From Eledone cirrhosa (lineage: Eukaryota): a DNA stretch of 64,000 nt. The position numbers and the translations under genes were made by a program. Shown one piece after another: positions 51,547 to 63,605 of the stretch (the first letter of the stretch is position 1; every line of letters starts with the position of its first letter). The stretch covers positions 79,546,001-79,610,000 of the forward strand of contig OZ024743.1 of the NCBI GenBank assembly GCA_964016885.1, given 5' to 3'. Below the pieces are notes generated by a model. That model was given only the letters and a program-made list of their open reading frames with translations. It was not told the origin of the DNA and did not search any database.

Positions 51547-52847
51547 GATGTCATCTTTTTTAAAGTAATTTATGTTCCTAGTAAATTAATTTCCCCATAG
51601 GTTTATATTGAGAGTCACTCCCCGGTATCGTTGTTATTTATCGACCCCGTAAGGATGAAAGGCAAAGTTAACTTCGGCCGGATTTGAACACAGCATGGCA
51701 AGGGCCGTAACTCTATGCGTCAAAGCATGGCGTCCGACCCTCTGGTAATATTGGTAGAGGCTCGGACGCCATGCTTTGACGCATAGGGTTACGGCCCTTG
51801 CCATTCTGAGTACAAATTCCACCGAAGTTAAATAAAGTACCAGTAATTCACTGTCTCATTGCTGGCATTGTGCCAAAAAGTAGAAACTATTATTATCCTA
51901 GCCCCAGAAGGGCGTAAGGTTGGCAGAATCGGCAGAGTGGTGGACAGAACTGTTTGTGGTATTTATTTACGATAGGTTCTGTTACAGTTTCTCTTAAAAT
52001 CCTACTTCTGTTAATTGTTCCTTTTATAATTCCGAGAATGATAAAATACCAATCAACAAATGAAATCGATATAATTGATTTTCTCCCTCTGTATTATGAT
52101 CACAGTTCGTTCCAATCACGACCATTGAGGCAGTTTATCTTGGATCAAATATCCTTATTTATCTATTTTTGACAACAACAATGTATGATTTGAGGGAGAT
52201 TTTGCTACTATTTTTAGGAGGTAAGATGACCATAGGTGGTATTCTTAATCTTAGGTGTTAGAAACAATCTGTTGTATGGTTTAACATAAACTCCTATGGA
52301 ACCTTTACAGAGGTCACTCTGTTGTTGTCATCCTGATAAGGTTTCTGTTTTTATATTACCTTCCGTTCTCCTATCCTTCTATTCATAGGATCATCCTTCT
52401 CTGAAAAGTCCCCTAAACATTGCCCTTCCCTCTGTAAATTTACACTATTGCCAGCATCCAGGACATGCCTCTGGTTTCAGAATAAAGTCATACTTCCCTT
52501 CGTCACCCCTCTCCCTCTAAGACCCTGAAAAGTTCCCTAAACATTGCCCTTCCCACACTAAAACAACAACAAATATAAAACATAACAAAAGAATATATAT
52601 CACTAAATATTTGTGTCTACTTTAGGCACAAGGCCAGCAATTACCCAGTTCATTACTGGTACTTTATTTTATCGACCCCGTAAGGATGAAAGGCAAAGTC
52701 AACCTCGGCGGGATTTGAACTCAGATCGTAAAGGGACGTAACTATGCTGGAAAGCATGGCGTCCGACGCTCTACCGATACTGCCAATCCTATATATTGTT
52801 ACCTTATGACAGTATAAGTGATTATTATTGCCCCAGTCTCGTAAGCA

Positions 52848-52920
52848 GCCCGGCTAGCTCAGTCGGTAGAGCACGAGACTCTTAATCTCGGGGTCGTGGG
52901 TTCGAGCCCCACGTTGGGCG
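52848..52920 (+). tRNA. tRNA-Lys-CTT: tRNA-Lys(CTT), perfect, slot B
   Basis: Identical to consensus. Confidence 0.94.
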
Positions 52921-53107
52921 TATGTCTTTTTATTAGTAATTTGTTTTCCCAATAAATTAATTTCCCATTGGTTTCTTTTAAGAGATAGTCACCTGTATTA
53001 TTGTTGTTATTTTCATAACCCTGGCTGCTGTTCGGCAGAATCGTTAGAGCATCGGACAGAATGTTTTGTGGTATTAATTATGGTTGTTACTGTTAGTGTT
53101 TAAGTTA

Positions 53108-53664
53108 CCAATTCTATCAGGTCAGGTAGCTTGTTGCCATCCAAAGTCATCAAACCTGACGTTGCATATCTCCTCAGTTGCTACACAGATACAAGAGGGA
53201 AGGTCAGTGAGGAGAGATACGTGGTTGTAGCAAGGAACGATAGGTAGTGTGTAGAGGAATTTCTACATTGTGAAGCAGTTCCTCAACAGGAAGAGGGCTG
53301 GGTGGACGTCACTTATGTCCAGTCTGTTCGTGAGGGTTGTGAGCTGTTGGAGCCAGAACATGATGGTGGAGTGGATGGCCGGCGGGCGGATCCGTGACCG
53401 GAGGATGAGGACATCTACTTTCGGGGTCACCTGCACCTGGAGGAGAATTACTCGCACATCCAAGACGGAGGCTGCAAAGCACACTCCGTCGTTATTGACA
53501 TTCACCACCTCCGAGTTGGACCAGTTGACCTCGGATCCGATTCTCGCCAGAACAGGAACGACTGATCGCAGGTCGTGACAGACAGTCTCCACGGACCCAA
53601 GTAACGTGGCATCATCCAGGTACCAAAAGTTCAAAGAGGCACTGATGTTCCGATCAATGTGGTC
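53108..53664 (-). mobile_element. CRE-like RT fragment
   Basis: ORF 53263..53634 with YLDD. Confidence 0.8.
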
Positions 53665-53706
53665 ATACCAGTACTATTGATTATTGTTGTTCATGTGTTG
53701 CCATCA

Positions 53707-53784
53707 GCCCGGCTAGCTCAAGTCGGTAGAGCACGAACGACACTCTTAATCTCGGGGTCGTGGGTTCGAGCCCCTCGTTGGGCG
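53707..53784 (+). pseudogene. tRNA-Lys pseudogene, slot C
   Basis: 1-nt D-loop insertion and acga duplication. Confidence 0.86.
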
Positions 53785-54808
53785 TATGTTTTATTTTAAT
53801 GTTATTTTTTAAATTATCCTGTATGTAATTTAATTTATCTATTTTGGAAAACAACAATTTGAGAAAGAATTTGCTGCTATTTTTAGGGTGAAAGATGACC
53901 ATAGATGTTATTGTTAACTTTCTGTATTAGATAGAATCCACTGTATGGTTTAACATCAAGTCCTATGGTACCTTTGCAAAGTTCACTCTGTTTCAATCCT
54001 CCGGGCCAGGTTTCTGTATTTAAATTACCTTCCATATCCCAGCCCTGCCATCAATCTCATATACTCCTAAATGTGTCATGGGCAATGTCGTCCCCTCACT
54101 GACTAAACGAATAATATTTTCGTTGACTTATTACAAAGTCTGTAATTAATATTTTGCTATAAACAACAGTAGTCCAACAAACCAAACAATAGGTTCTTAA
54201 TTTGAGGGGTAGTTGGCTTCTCTTTCTAGCCGGTAATACAGGGTGTATAGGTAATGTTAAGTATTAATATATCAGGCAGTATAACACCATCTCCTTACCT
54301 TTAGTTACCTTTAGAGGAATGACCTCTATTGCCAGCATCTAGGACATGTGTCAGCTTTCAGAATAAAGACATATTTCCCTTCCTCACCTCCGAGACCCTC
54401 AAATGTCCCCTAAATTTTGCCCTACCCTCACTAAATTTACACTAAAACAACAAATATATAATATAACAAAACAATATATATATTACACTATATATATTAC
54501 ATTATATATTACACTATATATATTATATAATGTAGAAAGTGATATAAGGCTTAAACAATGCAAAATGTACGATAAGATGGAGGTAAGGAAACATTTAGTT
54601 ACCTGGTAATGATCGTCTGCTATATTACCAGGTAACTAAAGGTTTCGTTACCTTCATCCTACCCTCCACTTTACATTGTTTAACCTTATATCACTTTCTA
54701 CATTATATATTATATACAATACTTCAACCAAACAACATCTTATTATCACTAAAATATTGTTACCCTATGACAGTATTAGTGATTATTATTGTCCCAGAGT
54801 TACCAGCA

Positions 54809-54881
54809 CCCCGGCTAGCTCAGTCGGTAGAGCACGAGACTCTTAATCTCGGGGTCGTGGGTTCGAGCCCCACGTTGGGCG
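54809..54881 (+). tRNA. tRNA-Lys-CTT: tRNA-Lys(CTT) variant (G1C), slot A
   Basis: Single mismatch at pair 1-72. Confidence 0.72.
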
Positions 54882-56026
54882 GATGTCATCTTTTTTTAAA
54901 GTAATTTATGTTCCTAGTAAATTAATTTCCCCATAGGTTTATATTGAGAGTCACTCCCCGGTATCGTTGTTATTTATCGACCCCGTAAGGATGAAAGGCA
55001 AAGTTAACTTCGGTGGGATTTGAACACAGAATGGCAAGGGCCGTAACTCTATGCGTCAAAGCATGGCGTCCGACCCTCTGGTAGTATTGGTAGAGGCTTG
55101 AACACCATGCTTTGACGCATAGGGTTACGGCCCTTGCCATTCTCAGTACAAATCCCACCGAAGTTAACTTTGCCTTTCATCCTTACGGGGTCGATAAAAT
55201 AAAGTACCAGTAATTCACTGGCTCACTGCTGGCCTTGTGCCAAAAAGTAGAAACAATTATTATCTTAGCCCCAGAAGGGCGTCAGGTTGGCAGAATCGGC
55301 AGAGCGTCGGACAGAACTGTTTGTGGTATTTATTTACGATAGGTTCTGTTACAGTTTCTGTTAAAATCCTACTTCTGTTAATTGTTCCTTTTATAATTCC
55401 GAGAATGATAAAATACCAATCAACAAATGAAATCGATATAATTTATTTTTTCACTCTGTATTATGATCACAGTCGTTCCAATCATGACCATTGAGACAGT
55501 TTATCTTGGATCAAATATCCTTATTTATCTTTATTTTTGACAACAATGTATGATTTGAGGGAGATTTTGCTACTATTTTTAGGAGGTAAGATGTCCATAG
55601 GTGGTATTCTTAATCTTAGGTGTTAGAAACAAACTGTTGTATGGTTTAACATAAACTCCTATGGAACCTTTACAGAGGTCACTCTGTTGTTGGCAACCTG
55701 ATAAGGTTTCTGTTTTTAAATTACCTTCCGTTCTCCTATCCTTCTATTCATAGGATCATCCTTCTCTGAAAAGTCCCCTAAACATTGCCCTTCCCTCTGT
55801 AAATTTACACTATTGCCAGCATCCAGGACATGCCTCTGGTTTCAGTATAAAGTCATACTTCCCTTCGTCACCTCACTCCCTCTAAGACCCTGAAAAGTTC
55901 CCTAAACATTGCCCTTCCCTCACTAAAACAACAACAAATATGAAACATTACAACACAATATATATCACTAAATATTGTTAACTTATGACAGTATTAGTGA
56001 GTATTATTGTCACAGTACTACCATCA

Positions 56027-56099
56027 GCCCGGCTAGCTCAGTCGGTTGAGCACGAGACTCTTAATCTCGGGGTCGTGGTTTCGAGCCCCACGTTGGGCG
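56027..56099 (+). pseudogene. tRNA-Lys(CTT) degenerate, D-type monomer
   Basis: A21T plus G53T (B box); paralog of 19681. Confidence 0.72.
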
Positions 56100-56812
56100 T
56101 ATATTTATATATATTTTTTATAATTTATTTTCCTAGTAAATTAATTTTCCCATTAATTTATTTCAAGAGGAACTCACCTGTATTATTGTGGATTGGCAGT
56201 ATCGGTAGAGGTCGGACGCCATACTTTCCAGCATAGAGTTACGCCATTTTATGGTCTGAGTTGAAATCCCGCCGTGGTTAACTTTTCCTTTCATCATTAC
56301 GGGGTCGATAAAATAAAGTACCAGTAATGTACTGGCGCAATGCTGGTCTAGTGCCCAAAGTAAAAACAATCATCATAACCCTGGTTGCAAAGCCCTCTTC
56401 GTTGTTATTGACATTCACCACCGCTGATGTAGACCAGTTGAACTCGGAACCGACCTCTCACCAGAGCAGGGAACACCGATCGCAGGTGGTGGCAGACAGT
56501 CTCCATGGGCCCAAGTAACGTGGCATCATCCAGGTACCAAAAGTTCAAATTTACACTAAAACAACAAATATAAAACATAACAAAACAATATATATATTAC
56601 ATTATATATTACACTATATATATTATATAATGTAGAAAGTGATCTAAGGCTTAAACAATGCAAAATGTACGATAAGATGGAGGTAAGGAAACATTTAGTT
56701 ACCTGGTAATGATCGTCTGCTATATTACCAGGTAACTAAAGGTTTCGTTACCTTCATCCTACCGTCCACTTTACATTGTTTAACCTTATATCACTTTCTA
56801 CATTATATATTA

Positions 56813-57636
56813 CTAGCAGTAAAGCCCGGCGTTGCTCGGGGTCGCTTAGTAGCTGTGTTAAAGTTACAATGTTAAGTTTTTTTCTTGGCTTAAAAACTGT
56901 AGTGTCTACTGTGCAGACTTGCATGTGGTGTTTTTGATTAATATTCCCTCAACCAACAATATGCCTTATGAAGTTAAGAAAACATAACGATAACCAGAAT
57001 GTTATAACAAAAGAGGATGCTGGGGATAGAAACTGCACTGGTTATTTATTAACAAAGATCGAAAATGTAAACACTGCAACGCAGAGAAAAACATTAGCGT
57101 AACCAAATTATCAGTTATGTCTGTCTGCACGCCTATATCACCTCTCTGCACGACTGTCTGTCTGCACGCCTATATCACCTCTCTGCACGACTGTCTGTCT
57201 GCACGCCTAACGACGAAATATTTGCTTGTTTTACGTAGTCTTTAAATAGACTTGTTTTCAAGTAAAAATATTGTTTTAAAATGCTTTTAAATGGAAATGA
57301 AGCAAAACGGAAGCTTAGTGTTCGAACTGATGAATTTTGCAGGTCAATATTTTGCTGGCTCGACAACTGTTAAAGCCAGCGTAATTTTTTACGTAAGACG
57401 CTCAATGTAAACAGAACAAAGGGAAATAACTGATAACTTACGCTCAAAAATCGATACATTATATTCGATTTCGTCACATAGGTTGGGTCAATTTGAAATT
57501 TTTTTTTTCCGATGTCTTCGCTAGGGCTCAATGTACAAGTATAGCAATTTCGGTGCAATTCCGTGAGAGATTCTAAGAGGAGATGTGTGCCAAAAATCGA
57601 TAGACAGACAGACAACCACGGTTTTATATATATAGA
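56813..57636 (-). mobile_element. Non-autonomous Helitron, 824 bp
   Basis: Minus strand starts TCTATATATATAAAACCGTGG and ends with hairpin CCCGAGCAACGCCGGG, then ...CTAG; inserted between A and T with no TSD; other units show the empty site cattatatatta|tatacaatac. Confidence 0.92.
57118..57209. repeat. 37-bp minisatellite (~2.5 copies) inside the Helitron
   Basis: tgtctgtctgcacgcctatatcacctctctgcacgac repeated. Confidence 0.85.
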
Positions 57637-57732
57637 TATACAATACTTCAACCAAACAACATCTTATTATCATTAAAATATTGTTACCCTATGACAGTAT
57701 TAGTGATTATTATTGTCCCAGAGTTACCAGCA

Positions 57733-57805
57733 GCCCGGCTAGCTCAGTCGGTAGAGCACGAGACTCTTAATCTCGGGGTCGTGGGTTCGAGCCCCACGTT
57801 GGGCG
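57733..57805 (+). tRNA. tRNA-Lys-CTT: tRNA-Lys(CTT), perfect, slot A
   Basis: Identical to consensus. Confidence 0.95.
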
Positions 57806-59131
57806 GATGTCATCTTTTTTAAAATAATTTATGTTCCTAGTAAATAAATTTCCCCATAGGTTTATATTGAGAGTCACTCCCCGGTATCGTTGTTATATAT
57901 CGACCCCGTAAGGATGAAAGGCAAAGTTAACTTCGGCGGGATTTGAACACAGAAAGGCAAGGGCCGTAACTCTGTGCGTCAAAGCATGGCGTCCGACCCT
58001 CTGGTAGTATTGGTAGAGGCTCGGACGCCATGCTTTGACGCATAGGGTTACGGCCCTTGCCATTCTGAGTACAAATCCCACCGAAGTTAATTTTGCCTTT
58101 CATCCTTACGGGGTCTATAAAATAAAGTACCAGTAATTCACTGGTTCATTGCTGGCATTGTGCCAAAAAGTAGAAACAATTATTATCCTAGCCCCAGAAG
58201 GGCGTCAGGTTGGCAGAATCGGCAGAGCGTCGGACAGAACTGTTTGTGGTATTTATTTACGATAGGTTCTGTTACAGTTTCTGTTAAAATCCTACTTCTG
58301 TTAATTGTTCCTTTTATAATTCCGAGAATGATAAAATACCAATCAACAAATGAAATCGATATAATTGATTTTCTCACTCTGTATTATGATCACAGTCGTT
58401 CCAATCACGACCATTGAGGCAGTTTATCTTGGATCAAATATCCTTATTTATCTATTTTTGACAACAATGTATGATTTGAGGGAGATTTTGCTACTATTTT
58501 TAGGAGGTAAGATGACCATAGGTGGTATTCTTAATCTTAGGTGTTAGAAACAAACTGTTGTATGGTTTAACATAAACTCCTATGGAACCTTTACAGAGGT
58601 CACTCTGTTGTTGGCAACCTGATAAGGTTTCTGTTTTTAAATTACCTTCCGTTCTCCTATCCTTCTATTCATAGGATCATCCTTCTCTGAAAAGTCCCCT
58701 AAACATGCCCTTCCCTCTGTAAATTTACACTATTGCCAGCATCCAGGACATGCCTCTGGTTTCAGAATAAAGTCATACTTCCCTTCGTCTCCTCTCTCCC
58801 TCTAAGACCCTGAAAAGTTCCCTAAACATTGCCCTTCCCTCACTAAAACAACAACAAATATAAAACATAACAAAACAATATATATCACTAAATATTTGTG
58901 TCTACTTTAGGCACAAGGCCAGCAATTCACCAGTTCATTACTGGTATTTTATTTTATCGACCCCGTAAGGATGAAAGGCAAAGTCAACCTCGGCGGGATT
59001 TGAACTCAGATCGTAAAGGGACGTAACTATGCTAGAAAGCATGGCGTCCGACCCTCTACCGATACTGCCATCCTAAATATTGTTACCTTATGACAGTATT
59101 AGTGATTATTATTGTAACAGTGTTATCAGCA

Positions 59132-59204
59132 CCCCGGCTAGCTCAGTCGGTAGAGCACGAGACTCTTAATCTCGGGGTCGTGGGTTCGAGCCCCACGTTG
59201 GGCG
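59132..59204 (+). tRNA. tRNA-Lys-CTT: tRNA-Lys(CTT) variant (G1C), slot B
   Basis: Single mismatch at pair 1-72. Confidence 0.72.
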
Positions 59205-59391
59205 TATGTCTTTTTATTAGTAATTTGTTTTCATAGTAAATTATTTTCCCATTGGTTTCTTTTAAGAGATAGTCACCTGTATTATTGTTGTTATTTTCAT
59301 AACCCTGGCTGGTGTTCGGCAGAATCGTTAGAGCATTGGACAGAATGTTTTGTGGTATTATGTACGGTTGTTACTGTTAGTGTTTAAGTTA

Positions 59392-59948
59392 CCAATTCTA
59401 TCAGGTCAGGTAGCTTGTTGCCATCCAAAGTCATCAAACCTGACGTTGCATATCTCATCAGCTGCTACACGGATACAAGAGTGAAGGTCGGTGAGGAGAG
59501 ATACGTGGTTGTAGCAAGGAACGATAGGTAGTGTGTAGAGGAATTTCTACATGGTGAATCAGTTCCTCAACAGGAAGAGGGCTGGGTGGACGTCACTTAT
59601 GACCAGTCTGTTCGTGAGGCTTGTGAGCTGTTGGAGCCGGAACATGATGGTGGAGTGGATGGCCGGCGGGCGGATCCGTGACCGGAGGATGAGGACATCC
59701 TCTTTCGGGGTCACCTGCACCTGGAGGAGAATGACTCGCACATCCAAGACGGAGGCTGCAAAGCACACTCCGTCGTTATTGACATTCACCACCTCCGAGT
59801 TGGACCAGTTGACCTCGGATCCGATTCTCGTCAGAACAGGAACGACTGATCGCAGGTCGTGACAGACAGTCTCCACGGACCCAAGTAACGTGGCATCATC
59901 CAGGTACCAAAAGTTCAAAGAGGCATTGATGTTCCGATCAATGTGGTC
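59392..59948 (-). mobile_element. CRE-like RT fragment
   Basis: ORF 59559..59918 with YLDD. Confidence 0.8.
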
Positions 59949-59990
59949 ATACCAGTACTATTGATTATTGTTGTTCATGTGTTGCCATCA

Positions 59991-60066
59991 GCCCGGCTAG
60001 CTCAGTCGGTAGAGCACGAACGACACTCTTAATCTCGGGGTCGTGGGTTGGAGCCCCCGTTGGGCG
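59991..60066 (+). pseudogene. tRNA-Lys pseudogene, slot C
   Basis: acga duplication, B box GTTGGA, 1-nt deletion. Confidence 0.88.
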
Positions 60067-60798
60067 TATGTTTTATTTTAATGTTATTTTTTAAATTATC
60101 CTGTATGTAATTTAATTTATCTATTTTGGAAAACAACAATTTGAGAAAGAATTTGCTGCTATTTTTAGGGGGAAAGATGACCGTAGATGTTATTGTTAAC
60201 TTTCTGTATTAGATAGAATCCACTGTATGGTTTAACATCAAGTCCTATGGTACCTTTGCAAAGTTCACTCTGTTTCAATCCTCCGGGCCAGGTTTCTGTA
60301 TTTAAATTACCTTCCATATCCCAGCCCTGCCATCAATCTCATATACTCCTAAATGTGTCATGGGCAATGTCGTCCCCTCACTGACTAAACGAATAATATT
60401 TTCGTTGACTTATTACAAAGTCTGTAATTAATATTTTGCTATAAACAGCAGTAGTCCAAAAAACCAAACAATAGGTTCTTAATTTGAGGGGTAGTTGGCT
60501 TCTCTTTCTAGCCGGTACTACAGGGTGTATAGCTAATGTTAAGTATTAATATATCAGGCAGTATAACACCATCTCCTTACCTTTAGTTACCTTTAGAGGA
60601 ATCACCTCTATTGCCAGCATCTAGGACATGTGTCTGCTTTCAGAATAAAGTCATATTTCCCTTCCTCACCTCCGAGACCCTCAAATGTCCCCTAAATTTT
60701 GCCCTACCCTCACTAAATTTACACTAAAACACAAATATATAATATAACAAAACAATATATATATTACACTATATATATATTACATTATATATTACACT

Positions 60799-60987
60799 CT
60801 AGGGCGGTGGATTGGCAGTATCGGTAGAGGGTCGGACGCCATGCTTTGCAGCATAGTTACGTCCCTTTACGGACTGAGTTCAAATCCCGCCGAGGTTAAC
60901 TTTGCCTTTCATCCTTACGGGGTCGATAAAATAAAGTACCAGTAATACACTGAGATAATTGCCGGCCTTGTGCCAAAAGAAGAAACA
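60799..60987 (+). mobile_element. Young full-length SINE with 15-bp TSD
   Basis: Intact A/B boxes, core and tail; TSD attatatattacact at 60784-60798 and 60988-61002; absent from all other units. Confidence 0.93.
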
Positions 60988-61295
60988 ATTATATATTACA
61001 CTATATATATTATATAATGTAGAAAGTGATCTAAGGCTTAAACAATGCAAAATGTACGATAAGATGGAGGTAGGGAAACATTTAGTTACCTGGTAATGAT
61101 CTTCTGCTATATAACCAGGTAACTAAAGGTTTCGTTACCTTCATCCTACCCTCCACTTTACATTGTTTAACCTTATATCACTTTCTACATTATATATTAT
61201 ATACAATACTTCAACCAAAGAACATCTTATTATCACTCAAATATTGTTACCCTATGACAGTATTAGTGATTATTATTGTCCCAGAGTTACCGGCA

Positions 61296-61368
61296 GCCCG
61301 GCTAGCTCAGTCGGTAGAGCACGAGACTCTTAATCTCGGGGTCGTGGGTTCGAGCCCCACGTTGGGCG
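61296..61368 (+). tRNA. tRNA-Lys-CTT: tRNA-Lys(CTT), perfect, slot A
   Basis: Identical to consensus. Confidence 0.95.
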
Positions 61369-62669
61369 GATGTCATCTTTTTTAAAGTAAATTATGTTCC
61401 TAGTAAATTAATTTCCCCATAGGTTTATATTGAGAGTCACTCCCCGGTATCGTTGTTATTTATCGACCCCGTAAGGATGAAAGGCAAAGTTAACTTCGGC
61501 GGGATTTGAACACAGAATGGCAAGGGCCGTAACTCTATGCGTCAAAGCATGGCGTCCGACCCTCTGGTAGTATTGGTAGAGGCTCGGACGGCATGCTTTG
61601 ACGCATAGGGTTACGGCCCTTGCCATTCTGAGTACAAATCCCACCGAAGTTAAATAAAGTACCAGTAATTCACTGTCTCATTGCTGGCATTGTGCCAAAA
61701 AGTAGAAACTATTATTATCCTAGCCCCAGAAGGGCGTAAGGTTGGCAGAATCGGCAGAGTGGTGGACAGAACTGTTTGTGGTATTTATTTACGATAGGTT
61801 CTGTTACAGTTTCTCTTAAAATCCTACTTCTGTTAATTGTTCCTTTTATAATTCCGAGAATGATAAAATACCAATCAACAAATGAAATCGATATAATTGA
61901 TTTTCTCCTTCTGTATTATGATCACAGTTCGTTCCAATCACGACCATTGAGGCAGTTTATCTTGGATCAAATATCCTTATTTATCTATTTTTGACAACAA
62001 CAATGTATGATTTGAGGGAGATTTTGCTACTATTTTTAGGAGGTAAGATGACCATAGGTGGTATTCTTAATCTTAGGTGTTAGAAACAATCTGTTGTATG
62101 GTTTAACATAAACTCCTATGGAACCTTTACAGAGGTCACTCTGTTGTTGTCATCCTGATAAGGTTTCTGTTTTTATATTACCTTCCGTTCTCCTATCCTT
62201 CTATTCATAGGATCATCCTTCTCTGAAAAGTGCCCTAAACATTGCCCTTCCCTCTGTAAATTTACACTATTGCCAGCATCCAGGACATGCCTCTGGTTTC
62301 AGAATAAAGTCATACTTCCCTTCGTCACCTCTCTCCCTCTAAGACCCTGAAAAGTTCCCTAAACATTGCCCTTCCCACACTAAAACAACAACAAATATAA
62401 AACATAACAAAAGAATATATATCACTAAATATTTGTGTCTACTTTAGGCACAAGGCCAGCAATTACCCAGTTCATTACTGGTACTTTATTTTATCGACCC
62501 CGTAAGGATGAAAGGCAAAGTCAACCTCGGCGGGATTTGAACTCAGATCGTAAAGGGACGTAACTATGCTGGAAAGCATGGCGTCCGACGCTCTACCGAT
62601 ACTGCCAATCCTATATATTGTTACCTTATGACAGTATAAGTGATTATTATTGCCCCAGTCTTATAAGCA

Positions 62670-62742
62670 GCCCGGCTAGCTCAGTCGGTAGAGCACGAGA
62701 CTCTTAATCTCGGGGTCGTGGGTTCGAGCCCCACGTTGGGCG
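62670..62742 (+). tRNA. tRNA-Lys-CTT: tRNA-Lys(CTT), perfect, slot B
   Basis: Identical to consensus. Confidence 0.94.
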
Positions 62743-62929
62743 TATGTCTTTTTATTAGTAATTTGTTTTCCCAGTAAATTAATTTCCCATTGGTTTCTTT
62801 TAAGAGATAGTCACCTGTATTATTGTAGTTATTTTCATAACCCTGGCTGCTGTTCGGCAGAATCGTTAGAGCATCGGACAGAATGTTTTGTGGTATTATT
62901 TATGGTTGTTACTGTTAGTGTTTAAGTTA

Positions 62930-63486
62930 CCAATTCTATCAGGTCAGGTAGCTTGTTGCCATCCATAGTCATCAAACCTGACGTTGCATATCTCCTCAGT
63001 TGCTACACAGATACAAGAGGGAAGGTCAGTGAGGAGAGATACGTGGTTGTAGCAAGGAATGATAGGTAGTGTGTAGAGGAATTTCTACATGGTGAAGCAG
63101 TTCCTCAACAGGAAGAGGGCTGGGTGGACGTCACTTATGTCCAGTCTGTTCGTGAGGGTTGTGAGCTGTTGGAGCCAGAACATGATGGTGGAGTGGATGG
63201 CCGGCGAGCGGATCCGTGACCGGAGGATGAGGACATCCACTTTCGGGGTCACCTGCACCTGGAGGAGAATTACTAGCACATCCAAGACGGAGGCTGCAAA
63301 GCACACTCCGTCGTTATTGACATTCACCACCTCCGAGTTGGACCAGTTGACCTCGGATCCGATTCTCGCCAGAACAGGAACGACTGATCGCAGGTCGTGA
63401 CAGACAGTCTCCACGGACCCAAGTAACGTGGCATCATCCAGGTACCAAAAGTTCAAAGAGGCACTGATGTTCCGATCAATGTGGTC
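62930..63486 (-). mobile_element. CRE-like RT fragment
   Basis: ORF 63085..63456 with YLDD. Confidence 0.8.
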
Positions 63487-63528
63487 ATACCAGTACTATT
63501 GATTATTGTTGTTCATGTGTTGCCATCA

Positions 63529-63605
63529 GCCCGGCTAGCTCAGTCGGTAGAGCACGAACGACACTCTTAATCTCAGGGTCGTGGGTTCGAGCCCCTCGTT
63601 GGGCG
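63529..63605 (+). pseudogene. tRNA-Lys pseudogene, slot C
   Basis: acga duplication, G30C, G43A, A64T. Confidence 0.86.

Noticed and set aside
25010-58547. Recurrent short ORFs (MSPKFCPTL..., MPKSRNNYY..., MVKQFLNRK..., ...ARLAQSVEHETLNL...)
   Set aside because: They recur only because the unit repeats; they overlap tRNAs, SINE tails, the foldback or the antisense RT strand and are broken by frameshifts in several units.
23720-63486. Repeated YLDD ORF plus hairpins as a retron, DGR or other functional RT system
   Set aside because: Only ~185 codons of RT lacking the N-terminal RT motifs, with no ATG (the track uses TTG), a stop in nearly all copies and further lesions; the context is eukaryotic. 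It is passively amplified debris.
14565-63605. tRNA-Lys copies as SINE heads or LTR primer-binding sites
   Set aside because: They are full 73-nt genes with intact cloverleaf, no encoded CCA, immediate oligo-T terminators and no LTRs; the real SINEs here have a different head.
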